A stretch of DNA of 64,000 nt from an uncultured Cetobacterium sp. GTDB lineage: Bacteria; Fusobacteriota; Fusobacteriia; Fusobacteriales; Fusobacteriaceae. The translations under genes were made by a program, and so were the position numbers. How positions within the stretch are numbered: the stretch's first letter is position 1; every line of letters begins with the position of its first letter. Positions 1-9,672 of the stretch are shown piece after piece. The notes beneath the pieces were generated by a model that had not been told where the DNA came from, ran no database searches, and worked only from the letters and a program-made list of their open reading frames with translations. The stretch spans positions 6,832-70,831 of the forward strand of contig NZ_CAMFHX010000005.1 in NCBI RefSeq assembly GCF_945952365.1, in the 5' to 3' direction.

Positions 1-2485
1 TTTAGATGGACAGGTAAGTATTTTAGAGGAGTATTTAAAATATATGCCAAAAAATTTCGAACAAATTAAAAAATTAGCTTCTGAAAAAAAACTCTTAATT
101 GGTCCTTGGTATACACAAACAGATGAACTTATCATTTCAGGAGAATCTATCGTTCGAAATCTATTTTACGGAATAAAAAGTTGTACGCAGTTTGGTGACT
201 ATTTTAAAGTTGGTTATCTTCCTGATTCATTTGGTCAAACTAAAGATTTACCAAAAATTTTAAATGGATTTAATATCCACAATTTTATATTTTGGAGGGG
301 TCTTCCAAAAAATCTTTGCTCTGATAGAGAGTTCATTTGGGAATCTGAAGATGGAAGTGAAGTTTTAGCAAGTAATATAAAAAATGGGTATTACTATGGT
401 GGAAATCTTATATATAACGATGATATTGAGAATGTTGAAAAAACCTTTTTAGATGGTGTATCTAAAGATAATATTTTACTATCTGTTGGTGGAGATCAAA
501 GATACGTTGATTTTAATCTAAAAGAACGAATAGAATTTTATAATAAAAATAGTAAAAATAACCTATTGTATATCGAAAGTAACTGCGAAGAGTATTTCAA
601 AGAGTTAAGAAAAGAGGATAATTTTAAAAGAGTTAAAGGAGAACTTATATCTCCTTCAAACTCAAAAATCCATCGTTCTATCTACTCATCTAGATATGAT
701 CACAAATACTTAAACGATAAAATCGAACGAAGATTACTCTATCAGTTAGAACCTCTTTTTGTCATCGGACAATCTTTGGGTCTCTCTCCTAAAACTGATA
801 TGTTAGAAACCATTTGGAAAAAATTGCTTTTAAATCATGCTCATGATAGTGCGTGCGGGTGTAACAGTGATAAAACAAATAGAAGTATATCATCTAGACT
901 GATTGATGTAGATCAACTGTCTTACTCAGCTTCGGATTATATAGTTAGAAAAATTTGCGAATCAATTGAAGATAAAGAAAACAATGATCTATTTATTTTT
1001 AATACTTTACCTTATAAAAGAAGTAATCCTATTAAATTAAACGTATCCACAAAATCTAAATTTTTCACTATTAAAAATGAAAGTGGAAACGAGATTAAAT
1101 ATAATATTTTGTCTCAAGAAAAAGTTTATAGAGGCAGTATCAAAAGAAATGAATCTGAACATAACCCTGAACTTTACTATTATATAACTACACTACTTAT
1201 AGAGCATACTCTTTCACCTTTATCTTTAGAAAGAATAAAAATCTACGAAACTGAGAGTTTTGAAAGTTCAAAGGCAAACAATTCTGATAACTTTATCGAG
1301 GATTCATTCTATAAAATATATTTCTGTGATGGTAAACTTACACTATTTAATAAAAGCACAAAAGTTTTACTTCAAGATTTTATAACTTTAGAGGATAGTG
1401 GGGATGACGGAGATACTTATGATTACTCTCCACCTATTTTAGACAGAAAAATACAGCACAGTTTCTCTGAGAGTTCTGCTATTTTTAATAACGATTCTAT
1501 TTTTAAAAACTTAGAGATGCAAAGCTATATAAGACTTCCTTTAAACTTAAAAGATAGAGAACTTAATATTTTAAATACATATCTAAAGTATGATTTAAAA
1601 ATTGAACTAAATAACTCTGGAAATATTTCAGTTCATCTCACTGTTGACAACCACACTCAAGATCACAGATTAAGAGCTGTTATAAATACAGGAATAGCCA
1701 GTAATATATCTATCGCCGATACTCCTTTTGGAACTATCGAAAGATTAAATACTCCTGAAAATATTGATTCTTGGCGTGAGATTGGATGGAAAGAGGAACC
1801 TTCACCGATATATCCATTTTTAAATTTTGTCACACTAAAAAATAAAGATATCTCAGCCTCTATTTTATCTAAAGGAATAAAAGAGTATGAAATTCTTGAA
1901 AATAGTAAAATTGCTATAACTTTATTTAGAAGTGTGGGCTTCTTAGGAAAACCAGATCTTTTAAGAAGACCTGGTATTGCATCTGGCCAAGAGTTTAAAT
2001 ATATTCCAACTCCAGATAGCCAACTCCAAGAAAAATTAAAGTTTAAATTTTCTATAAGATTTGAAGATAATTCTATTGTAGAATTTGATGCTAACTCACT
2101 CAAAAAAGAGTACCAACTCTACGCTGTAATGACACCTTACTATCAAGTTCAAGAGTTGAATCTATTTACAAACACTCTAAAATATTTTGTGATGCATCCT
2201 TTAAAAGACAAATTAAAATCTTTTAAAAACTTAATTGATTTTTCAGAATGTGGTTTAGCTCTATCATCTATTTTTCCAATAGATGAATTCAGTTATGGAT
2301 TGAGATTAGTTAATTTGAATTCTAAAAAGGAAAATGAAGTTATTAAAGTAAACTTTGGAAAAGCTTATGAAATAATCAATATGTTGCAGGAAAGTGTTCA
2401 TCAGAAAAGAGAGATAAAAAACTCAAAAATTATATTAAACAACATTAAACATGGGGAAATTATAAATCTAAAGATTTATATTTAA
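1..2485 (+). CDS. Glycoside hydrolase family 38 alpha-mannosidase (MngB-like), 5'-partial. Frame is open from position 2; N-terminus lies upstream of the window.
   Basis: Translation LDGQVSILEEYLKYMPKNFEQIKK...GPWYTQTDELIISGESIVRNL...GYLPDSFGQ...LPKIL matches the conserved GH38 N-terminal catalytic region. No stop between position 2 and the annotated ATG at 44. Confidence 0.75.
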   Translation, partial: LDGQVSILEEYLKYMPKNFEQIKKLASEKKLLIGPWYTQTDELIISGESIVRNLFYGIKSCTQFGDYFKVGYLPDSFGQTKDLPKILNGFNIHNFIFWRGLPKNLCSDREFIWESEDGSEVLASNIKNGYYYGGNLIYNDDIENVEKTFLDGVSKDNILLSVGGDQRYVDFNLKERIEFYNKNSKNNLLYIESNCEEYFKELRKEDNFKRVKGELISPSNSKIHRSIYSSRYDHKYLNDKIERRLLYQLEPLFVIGQSLGLSPKTDMLETIWKKLLLNHAHDSACGCNSDKTNRSISSRLIDVDQLSYSASDYIVRKICESIEDKENNDLFIFNTLPYKRSNPIKLNVSTKSKFFTIKNESGNEIKYNILSQEKVYRGSIKRNESEHNPELYYYITTLLIEHTLSPLSLERIKIYETESFESSKANNSDNFIEDSFYKIYFCDGKLTLFNKSTKVLLQDFITLEDSGDDGDTYDYSPPILDRKIQHSFSESSAIFNNDSIFKNLEMQSYIRLPLNLKDRELNILNTYLKYDLKIELNNSGNISVHLTVDNHTQDHRLRAVINTGIASNISIADTPFGTIERLNTPENIDSWREIGWKEEPSPIYPFLNFVTLKNKDISASILSKGIKEYEILENSKIAITLFRSVGFLGKPDLLRRPGIASGQEFKYIPTPDSQLQEKLKFKFSIRFEDNSIVEFDANSLKKEYQLYAVMTPYYQVQELNLFTNTLKYFVMHPLKDKLKSFKNLIDFSECGLALSSIFPIDEFSYGLRLVNLNSKKENEVIKVNFGKAYEIINMLQESVHQKREIKNSKIILNNIKHGEIINLKIYI

Positions 2486-2515
2486 ATTAAATTAAATTAA
2501 CACGGGAGGATTTTT

Positions 2516-3847
2516 ATGAGTAATTTTATGAATTTAATCGAACAAAAGCTTATGCCTGTTGCGGCAAAAGTTGGACAAAATCGGTATTTGAATGCAATTA
2601 AAGATGGTTTCGTTTACACAATGCCGTTTTTAATCATCGGATCTTTTATTCTTCTATTGGTAAACCTACCATTTACAGATCCAAACACTGTTCTTTATAT
2701 GGAGTGGTACAGTAATTTAATGGGAGCTTTCAAAGGAGATTTAGTTCAACCGTTCTATGTTAGTATGGGAATAATGTCTTTATTCGTTTCATATGGTATC
2801 GGAATGTCTTTATCTAATTTTTATAAATTGAATGGAACTACTGGTGGATTTTTATCTATGTATGCCTTTTTACTTACATCTGCTAAATTAGATTGGCTAC
2901 CTGTTGGGCAAGCTGAAGGAGCTACATCACTATTTCTTATAGCTGAAGGTGGATGGATGCCGATTATGGATGCTAGATACCTTGATGCCAAAGGACTGTT
3001 CACTGCAATTTTAGGAACTATTATTGCAATTGAAATATTTAGAGTTCTTGTACAGAAAAAATTTGTTATTAAGCTTCCTGACTCTGTTCCACCTGCAATT
3101 GCAAAATCTTTCGAACTATTGATTCCAATTGTTGTTGTAACTATTTTATATCATACTGTGAATATCTTAGTTATGAAAAATTTAGAAGTTATGGTTCCAG
3201 AAGTTATTCTAAAAACTTTTGCTCCACTTTTAAATATGTCTGATTCACTTTTATCTTTAATAATTTTACTTGTGATTATACATCTATTCTGGTTTGCTGG
3301 ACTACACGGAACAAATATTGTTGTTGCTATTGTTAACTCAATAACTCTATCTAATCTAGCTACTAACCAAGCTGCACTTCAAGCTGGAGAAGCTATTCCA
3401 AAAATATTTGCAGGTGGATTCGTAGATTCATTCATCTTTATGGGAGGAGTTGGAACAACTCTTGGTTTAACTCTTGCTATGATTAGAAGTAATAACACAC
3501 ATATAAAATCGATTGGAAAGCTATCTTTACTTCCAGCTATTTTTAATATCAATGAACCTATTATGTTTGGAACACCTATTGTTATGAATCCACTGCTGTT
3601 TATACCATTCATAACTGTTCCTATTATAAATGGAACTATTGCATGGTTTGCTACTAAGTATGGTCTTGTTTCAAAAATTGTAACTCTTGTGCCTTGGACA
3701 ACTCCAGGACCGCTAGCTGCATTACTTGCTACAAACTTTGATATCTCTGCTGCTCTTTTAAGTTTGGCTCTGATATTACTTTCTTACTTTATATATACAC
3801 CATTTTTAAAAATCTATACTAACTCATTAAAAGAAGGAGAGATGTAA
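2516..3847 (+). CDS. PTS sugar transporter subunit IIC, lactose/cellobiose family
   Basis: N-terminus LMPVAAKVGQNRYLNAIKDGFVYTMPFLIIGSFILL is the hallmark of cellobiose-type EIIC; polytopic membrane protein. RBS GGGAGG upstream. Confidence 0.85.
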   Translation: MSNFMNLIEQKLMPVAAKVGQNRYLNAIKDGFVYTMPFLIIGSFILLLVNLPFTDPNTVLYMEWYSNLMGAFKGDLVQPFYVSMGIMSLFVSYGIGMSLSNFYKLNGTTGGFLSMYAFLLTSAKLDWLPVGQAEGATSLFLIAEGGWMPIMDARYLDAKGLFTAILGTIIAIEIFRVLVQKKFVIKLPDSVPPAIAKSFELLIPIVVVTILYHTVNILVMKNLEVMVPEVILKTFAPLLNMSDSLLSLIILLVIIHLFWFAGLHGTNIVVAIVNSITLSNLATNQAALQAGEAIPKIFAGGFVDSFIFMGGVGTTLGLTLAMIRSNNTHIKSIGKLSLLPAIFNINEPIMFGTPIVMNPLLFIPFITVPIINGTIAWFATKYGLVSKIVTLVPWTTPGPLAALLATNFDISAALLSLALILLSYFIYTPFLKIYTNSLKEGEM

Positions 3848-3850
3848 ACT

Positions 3851-5227
3851 ATGATTAAATTTAACGATAACTTCTACTTCGGTAGTGCTTCATCTGCTAC
3901 TCAAAGCGAAGGAGCTTGGAATACTGATGGAAAAGGACAAAATATTTGGGACTACTGGTTTGAAACAGAGAGCTTCAGATTTCACAATAAAATAGGGCCT
4001 TACGAAACTTCTACTTTTTATAGAAATTACAAAGAGGATATAAAACTTTTAAAAGAGACCGGACACAACTCTTTTAGATTTTCTATCAGCTGGTCTAGAT
4101 TACTACCGAATGGTTTTGGAGAAGTAAATCCTAAAGCGATTGATTTTTACAACAATGTGATAGATGAGTTATTAGCTAATAAGATTGAACCATTTATCAA
4201 CCTTTTCCATTTTGATATGCCTATGTGTATGCAAAATGTAGGTGGATGGGAAAATAGAGAAGTTGTCGAACACTATGCTAATTTCGCTAAAATATGTTTC
4301 GAACATTTCGGCGATAGAGTTAAAAGATGGTTTACATTTAACGAGCCTATTGTTCACGTTGAATGCGGTTATTTACTTGGTTATCACTATCCATATAAAG
4401 TAGACCCTAAAGCTGCGGTACAAGTTGGTTACCATACTGCACTTGCTAATGCTCTTGCAATTAAAAACTATAGAGAATTAAATGGAGATGGAAAAATAGG
4501 AATTATTTTAAATCTTTCACCTTGTTATCCAAGAAGTGAAAACAAATGGGATTTAAAAGCTTCGTTTATAGCTGATCTTTTTGCCAATAAAAGTTTCTTA
4601 GACCCAGCAGTAAAAGGGTATTTTCCAATTGAATTAATCGATATTATTAAAGAACACGATTTAATGCCTGAGTATATAGAGAGCGATTTAAAGATAATCT
4701 CTGAAAATACCGTTGATTACTTAGGTGTTAACTACTACCAACCTAGAAGAGTTGCTGCTAGAGCCTCTCTTCCAAACCCAGAAGCTCCATTTATGCCTGA
4801 ATATTACTACGACTACTATGTTATGCCCGGAAGAAAAATTAACCCCCATAGAGGTTGGGAGATTTTTGAAAAAGGTATCTATGATATAGCCATAAATATT
4901 AGAGATAACTATGGAAATATTGAGTGGTTGATATCTGAAAATGGAATGGGTGTTGAAGGTGAAGAGAAGTTCTTAGTTGATGGAGTTATTCAAGATGACT
5001 ATAGAATTGATTTTTATAAGGACCATTTAAAATGGTTACACAAAGGAATTGAAGAGGGATCAAACTGTATCGGATATCACGTTTGGACTTTTATTGATAA
5101 CTGGTCTTGGTTGAATTCATACAAAAATAGATACGGCTTGGTTTCATTGGATCTTTCTACTCAAAAGAGAACTATTAAAAAAAGTGGAAGATGGTTTAAA
5201 GAACTTTCTGACAAAAAGGGGTTTTAA
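3851..5227 (+). CDS. Glycoside hydrolase family 1 6-phospho-beta-glucosidase
   Basis: GH1 signatures: FGSASSATQSEGAW N-terminus, TFNEP acid/base motif, ISENGMG nucleophile motif. Adjacent to a PTS IIC gene. Confidence 0.85.
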   Translation: MIKFNDNFYFGSASSATQSEGAWNTDGKGQNIWDYWFETESFRFHNKIGPYETSTFYRNYKEDIKLLKETGHNSFRFSISWSRLLPNGFGEVNPKAIDFYNNVIDELLANKIEPFINLFHFDMPMCMQNVGGWENREVVEHYANFAKICFEHFGDRVKRWFTFNEPIVHVECGYLLGYHYPYKVDPKAAVQVGYHTALANALAIKNYRELNGDGKIGIILNLSPCYPRSENKWDLKASFIADLFANKSFLDPAVKGYFPIELIDIIKEHDLMPEYIESDLKIISENTVDYLGVNYYQPRRVAARASLPNPEAPFMPEYYYDYYVMPGRKINPHRGWEIFEKGIYDIAINIRDNYGNIEWLISENGMGVEGEEKFLVDGVIQDDYRIDFYKDHLKWLHKGIEEGSNCIGYHVWTFIDNWSWLNSYKNRYGLVSLDLSTQKRTIKKSGRWFKELSDKKGF

Positions 5228-6097
5228 ATGAAAAATTATTTAGTTTTTGACTTTGGAGGAACCTCTATTAAATATGGTGTTTTATCTGAGAATGGAGATA
5301 TTTTAGAGCACTCAAGTTTCAATACACCAAATAGTTTAGATGCTCTTTATTCTGAGATTTTTAAAATCAAAAACAGTTATGATTATAAATTTTCTGGTGT
5401 AGCTTTGAGCTGTCCTGGAGCTGTTAACACTGATACTGGCTTTGTTGCCGGTGTCAGTGCCCTTCCTTATATACATGGACCTAATATAAAAAAAGAGTTA
5501 GAAGAACTTTTAGAACTTGAAGTTCATCTTGAAAACGATGCTAACTGTGCTGCTCTTGCTGAAGTTTGGCTTGGAGAAGCACAATTTAATGACGATGTTG
5601 TTTTCATTGTACTCGGAACTGGAGTTGGGGGAGCTATTGTTAAAAACAAACAGATTCATAAAGGTAAAAATTTACAAGCTGGTGAATTTGGAATTATGTA
5701 TTTTGAAAGTGAGAAGGGGGTTCCAGGAACTTGGGGCTCTGTTTCTATTGGACAGCTTACAAGTAGAGTCTCTAAAAAACTTAATCGTGATATAAATGGA
5801 GTTGAACTTTTTAATCTAGTCAATAAGAATGAGATTATTTCTAATGAGGTTAAAAATTGGTATAGTGATTTAGCTAAAGGGATTTTAAGCATTCAATATG
5901 TTTATGATCCTGAAAAAATAATTATTGGTGGTGGAGTTAGTGCTGATCAAAATATTATTAACAATATTCAAGCTAGCGTAACTAATCTTGTAGATAAAAT
6001 TGACTCTGCTACTATATACCCAGAAATTAAATCTTGTAAATTTAACAATAATTCAAATTTGATTGGTGCATTATATAATTTTTTACAGAACTGTTAA
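5228..6097 (+). CDS. ROK-family sugar kinase or regulator (glucokinase-like)
   Basis: N-terminal LVFDFGGTSIKYGV ATP-binding motif and ROK-like GxGxGG motif (LGTGVGGAIV). Start ATG overlaps the upstream stop. Confidence 0.75.
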   Translation: MKNYLVFDFGGTSIKYGVLSENGDILEHSSFNTPNSLDALYSEIFKIKNSYDYKFSGVALSCPGAVNTDTGFVAGVSALPYIHGPNIKKELEELLELEVHLENDANCAALAEVWLGEAQFNDDVVFIVLGTGVGGAIVKNKQIHKGKNLQAGEFGIMYFESEKGVPGTWGSVSIGQLTSRVSKKLNRDINGVELFNLVNKNEIISNEVKNWYSDLAKGILSIQYVYDPEKIIIGGGVSADQNIINNIQASVTNLVDKIDSATIYPEIKSCKFNNNSNLIGALYNFLQNC

Positions 6098-6247
6098 ATT
6101 TAGATACCTATTTTTGAATAACAAGTCAACTTTTGGAAAAGTTTTATTGTTTTTTATAAAAAAATAAAAAAACTCTTTTATTTTTACATTTGATATAGTA
6201 TCTTATACTAAACATTTTTATCAAAATAAAAAAATAGGAGTTTTTAT

Positions 6248-7456
6248 ATGAAAAGAAGAGAAAGATACATTATTAGCGGTTTAGTCATGTTCTTATGTAT
6301 GGGAACTATCTATTCTTGGGGAGTATTTCAAACCCCTTTGAGACAAACTTTAGAAACACTTTACGGAGAGAAAATATCTCCTACTTTAATAAGTATGCCA
6401 TATACGACATTTTTATTTTGCTATGCATTTTCAATGCCTGTAGCTGGTTTATTTATTAAAAAAATCAATCCAAAAATTTTAGCAATAGCTGGTTCACTTT
6501 TGATATCTTTGGCTTGGATTTTAGCTGGATATGCTACGAGTATTGAATTTATAATTTTAACTTATGGAATTTTAGGTGGAATAGGAGTAGGTATTGTTTA
6601 CGGTATTCCTATGGCTATTGTTTCTGAGTGGTTTCCAGATAAAAAAGGATTTGCAATTGGATTAACTCTTTTAGGATTTGGACTTTCACCATTTGTAACT
6701 GCTCCTTTAGCTGGAGAACTAATAATCAAATTCGGTGTATTTTCTACCTTTAAAATTTTAGGAGTAGCCTTTGGAATTATTCTTACACTATTATCATTGA
6801 CTTTAAGATTTCCAAATAAAAATGAAACTATTATTACAGAAACTAGAAGCGAAGAGTTTAGTCTTGATATTGCCCCTAAAGAGATGATTAAAACAACTAA
6901 GTTCTATGCTCTTTGGATTTGTTATGCTATTGGTGCTTTTTCAGGACTTTTAGCAATCGGAGTTGCAAGCTCATACGCTCAGCAGGTAATCGGAATATCT
7001 CCATTAAAAGCGGCTTTCTTCACATCATTTTTCGCTATTTTTAACGGAGCAGGAAGACCATTATTTGGAGCTATTACAGATAAATTAGGTTCAAAAAAAG
7101 CTATCTTGATATCATATTCATCAATTATTTTTGCAGCGGGACTTTCTTTAATTTCAAAAGATAGTCTTGTAGCTTTCATTATTGCCTTCTCTATTTTATG
7201 GTTAAATCTTGGTGGATGGTTGTCAATAGCTCCAGCTTCAACTGCAAATATTTTTGGAAAACCTCATTATACAGCAAACTACGGGATTCTTTTCACATCT
7301 TATGGTGTTGGAGCTTTATCTCAAGGGTTTATTGGTGGATATTTTAAAGAAACTTTCGGATCGTATATCTATATTTTTTATCCTGTTATTGCTGCTTGTA
7401 TTTTAGGGATATTTATATGTTTAATTTTTCTAAGAAAAAAAAGTGTCAAAGATTAA
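6248..7456 (+). CDS. MFS transporter (oxalate/formate antiporter-like family)
   Basis: 12-TM-like hydrophobic profile of a 402-aa protein; MFS motifs (GxxxDKxGxK-like: ITDKLGSKKA). Confidence 0.7.
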   Translation: MKRRERYIISGLVMFLCMGTIYSWGVFQTPLRQTLETLYGEKISPTLISMPYTTFLFCYAFSMPVAGLFIKKINPKILAIAGSLLISLAWILAGYATSIEFIILTYGILGGIGVGIVYGIPMAIVSEWFPDKKGFAIGLTLLGFGLSPFVTAPLAGELIIKFGVFSTFKILGVAFGIILTLLSLTLRFPNKNETIITETRSEEFSLDIAPKEMIKTTKFYALWICYAIGAFSGLLAIGVASSYAQQVIGISPLKAAFFTSFFAIFNGAGRPLFGAITDKLGSKKAILISYSSIIFAAGLSLISKDSLVAFIIAFSILWLNLGGWLSIAPASTANIFGKPHYTANYGILFTSYGVGALSQGFIGGYFKETFGSYIYIFYPVIAACILGIFICLIFLRKKSVKD

Positions 7457-7543
7457 TAAAGTTTGACTTTTTTTAACAAAAATTTTATAATCTGAACAAA
7501 AGATAAATTAAAAAGCACACACAACACTTTTAAGGATGGTTCT

Positions 7544-7753
7544 ATGAAAAATAATAGTTTTATGCAAAACAAAAGAAAAAGAACTCTTTTTTTTGCGAAT
7601 ATAATGATGATTACATTTATAATATTTCAGTTTTCTGTGATGGGATTTGATAGCCCTGATAGTAAAACATTTTTAATTTTCCTACTTGGAGATCTTCTTC
7701 TTTTAGGATTCCAAGTAAGAGAAATTATTAAAGGAAACAAATCTAAAATTTAA
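7544..7753 (+). CDS. Small hypothetical membrane protein (69 aa)
   Basis: ORF with one or two hydrophobic segments; no recognisable domain; may be spurious. Confidence 0.25.
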   Translation: MKNNSFMQNKRKRTLFFANIMMITFIIFQFSVMGFDSPDSKTFLIFLLGDLLLLGFQVREIIKGNKSKI

Positions 7754-7813
7754 TAAAAAAATAATGAAAACATGCTATAATTGTTATATCTTAGATATTA
7801 AAAGGAGGAAATT

Positions 7814-8134
7814 ATGGCAGCAAATACTATAATTTGTCACTGTAAAAATGTAGATTATATAACAATTAGAATGGCGATGGTTAAAGGCGCACGTACTTTA
7901 GAAGAGATAAAAGAGATGACTGGGGCAGGAACTGGTTGTGGAAGATGCACTGGTGAGATTGAAAAAATATTAGCTTCTGTTTGTGGATGTACTGGTGCTT
8001 CTATGAAAGACGTTGTCGAGGCTGTTAATAATGGTGCTGACACAGTTGAAAAAGTAGCAGAAATAACTAAAGCAGGTGCTGCTTGTGGAAGATGTAAAGT
8101 TTTAGTTCAAGATATTATCGAAAGAAAATATTAA
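7814..8134 (+). CDS. BFD-like [2Fe-2S]-binding domain protein (two tandem domains)
   Basis: Two repeats of the C-x-C...C-G-x-C pattern (CHCKNV...GCGRCTG and CGCTG...ACGRCK) typical of Fer2_BFD domains. Strong RBS AAAGGAGG. Confidence 0.65.
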   Translation: MAANTIICHCKNVDYITIRMAMVKGARTLEEIKEMTGAGTGCGRCTGEIEKILASVCGCTGASMKDVVEAVNNGADTVEKVAEITKAGAACGRCKVLVQDIIERKY

Positions 8135-8224
8135 TTTTTTTACTCGTCTGAGTTAACCTTTTATACCTTTGATTAAGTTAGTCAAATATGATACAATGTA
8201 CTAAAAAAACAAGGTGGTATTTCT

Positions 8225-8629
8225 ATGGCAAAAAGATGGAGCGAAAAGATTAAAGATCTGGAAAATGCTATTTCAAGATTAGATGAAGCTATTAAAGATA
8301 GTCAAAAATTTGAGTTATCTACGTTAAAAGATGGAGCCATACAAAGATTTGAATTTACATTAGAGTTATCTTGGAAAATTTTAAAAACACACTTAGCAAA
8401 TGAAGGTATAGATTGTATTAATACTCCAAAAAGTGTTATCAGACAAGCATATAAAGCTGAAATTATTAAAAATGGAGAAGTTTGGTTAGAGATGGTTGAC
8501 GATAGAAATTTAACATCTCATATTTACAGTCAATCAATGGCTGATGAGATTTATTTAAGAATCACAAAAAAGTATTTCAAAGAGTTAGATTCTTTGCTTT
8601 CTTATTTAAAGGAGATGAGTTTTAATTGA
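8225..8629 (+). CDS. HEPN-domain protein, HI0074-like nucleotidyltransferase substrate-binding family (TA toxin component)
   Basis: 134 aa, all-helical. 4-nt ATGA overlap with the downstream MNT gene, as in HI0073/HI0074-type modules. Confidence 0.65.
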   Translation: MAKRWSEKIKDLENAISRLDEAIKDSQKFELSTLKDGAIQRFEFTLELSWKILKTHLANEGIDCINTPKSVIRQAYKAEIIKNGEVWLEMVDDRNLTSHIYSQSMADEIYLRITKKYFKELDSLLSYLKEMSFN

Positions 8630-8922
8630 ACTTAGGACTAAAAGAAAGAGAGATTGATGAAATAAAAATCTTGCATTATCTCTTTCCTCAAATAAACCAG
8701 ATTATAATTTTTGGCTCTAGAGCAAGAGGTGACTATAATCGAACTTCAGATATAGATATAGCAATAACAGGACAAATAGATGAAATCATATATAAAATAA
8801 GAGATTACTTTGAAGAAAGTAATCTCTTATATACTGTAGATGTCGTTAACTATAACTCAATAACAGATATGGAATTTAAAAAAAATATAGATACCGAAGG
8901 TATCATTCTTAACTGTTATTAA
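8626..8922 (+). CDS. Minimal nucleotidyltransferase (MNT), HI0073-like (TA antitoxin component)
   Basis: GSRARGDYNRTSDIDIAI = GS...[DE]xD nucleotidyltransferase motif; 98 aa. Confidence 0.75.
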   Translation: MNLGLKEREIDEIKILHYLFPQINQIIIFGSRARGDYNRTSDIDIAITGQIDEIIYKIRDYFEESNLLYTVDVVNYNSITDMEFKKNIDTEGIILNCY

Positions 8923-9672
8923 TTAATATTGGTCACTAGCTCAGCTAGTAATCCTTTAAGAAAACGATATCTTGGAAAAATAACTGGCAGAGCTTTAAGA
9001 CTATATACTTTTCTCATCACTAAATCTGACATGGTGATTCGCTTTTAAATTTTCAAAATATTTTATACCTTGACCTTTCGATAAAAGTAAATAGAAAAGG
9101 AGATTACCATATCCAATGATATCGCAATCTCCTACTATTCTAAGGCTAACTTATCTGATTCTTTTCCAGTTCTCTTATTTTTTTTATATAATCTAAAATT
9201 CATCCATTTCATCTACTGAAATTTCATAAACTCTTCAATATCGTACGTAAACTGTATTATATTTCTTTTTGCTTTAGACATATATAACACTTCCTAATAT
9301 CTCTTCTTTTACTTTTTCTTTGTAGTCTTTTACATCTGGATTTTTAAACTTATAATCAAAGACACTTTTTTCAACTAAATCTATCAGTACATAGTATACC
9401 ATATTTAAATTAGAATTTTACTTTACAAATCTACTATAATGATCTAAACACTAAATACTTTTAAAAAAATAATTTTTAAACTCTTCTCTTTTTTATACAA
9501 TATCAGATTTTGTAAAATTAAAGTTGACCTATCATTTAACATATGAGAGTACTTTTATTACTTTTTTAATTAATTATAACACAAAATTAAAAAAAACTGC
9601 CAACATTTATTGTCGACAGCTAGAAATAGAATATAAGTAGATTTTCTTTCAATATAATTTTTTATTTATTTT

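Noticed and set aside
1663-2103. 146-aa minus-strand ORF nested antisense in the GH38 gene. Many similar nested ORFs occur elsewhere, e.g. 2821-3003, 3379-3612, 5517-5892, 14054-14290, 17231-17461, 24469-24681, 25387-25827, 26887-27102, 35551-35850, 42646-42966, 53042-53245.
   Set aside because: Each lies fully inside a longer ORF with clear family motifs on the opposite strand or in another frame. Their translations are low-complexity (S/L/F/I-rich) products of AT-rich antisense sequence. They have no RBS and no motifs.
2486-2510. Short tandem (TAAAT)x3-like repeat right after the GH38 stop codon
   Set aside because: Trivial AT-rich microrepeat in an intergenic spacer. No array structure and no similarity to CRISPR repeats.
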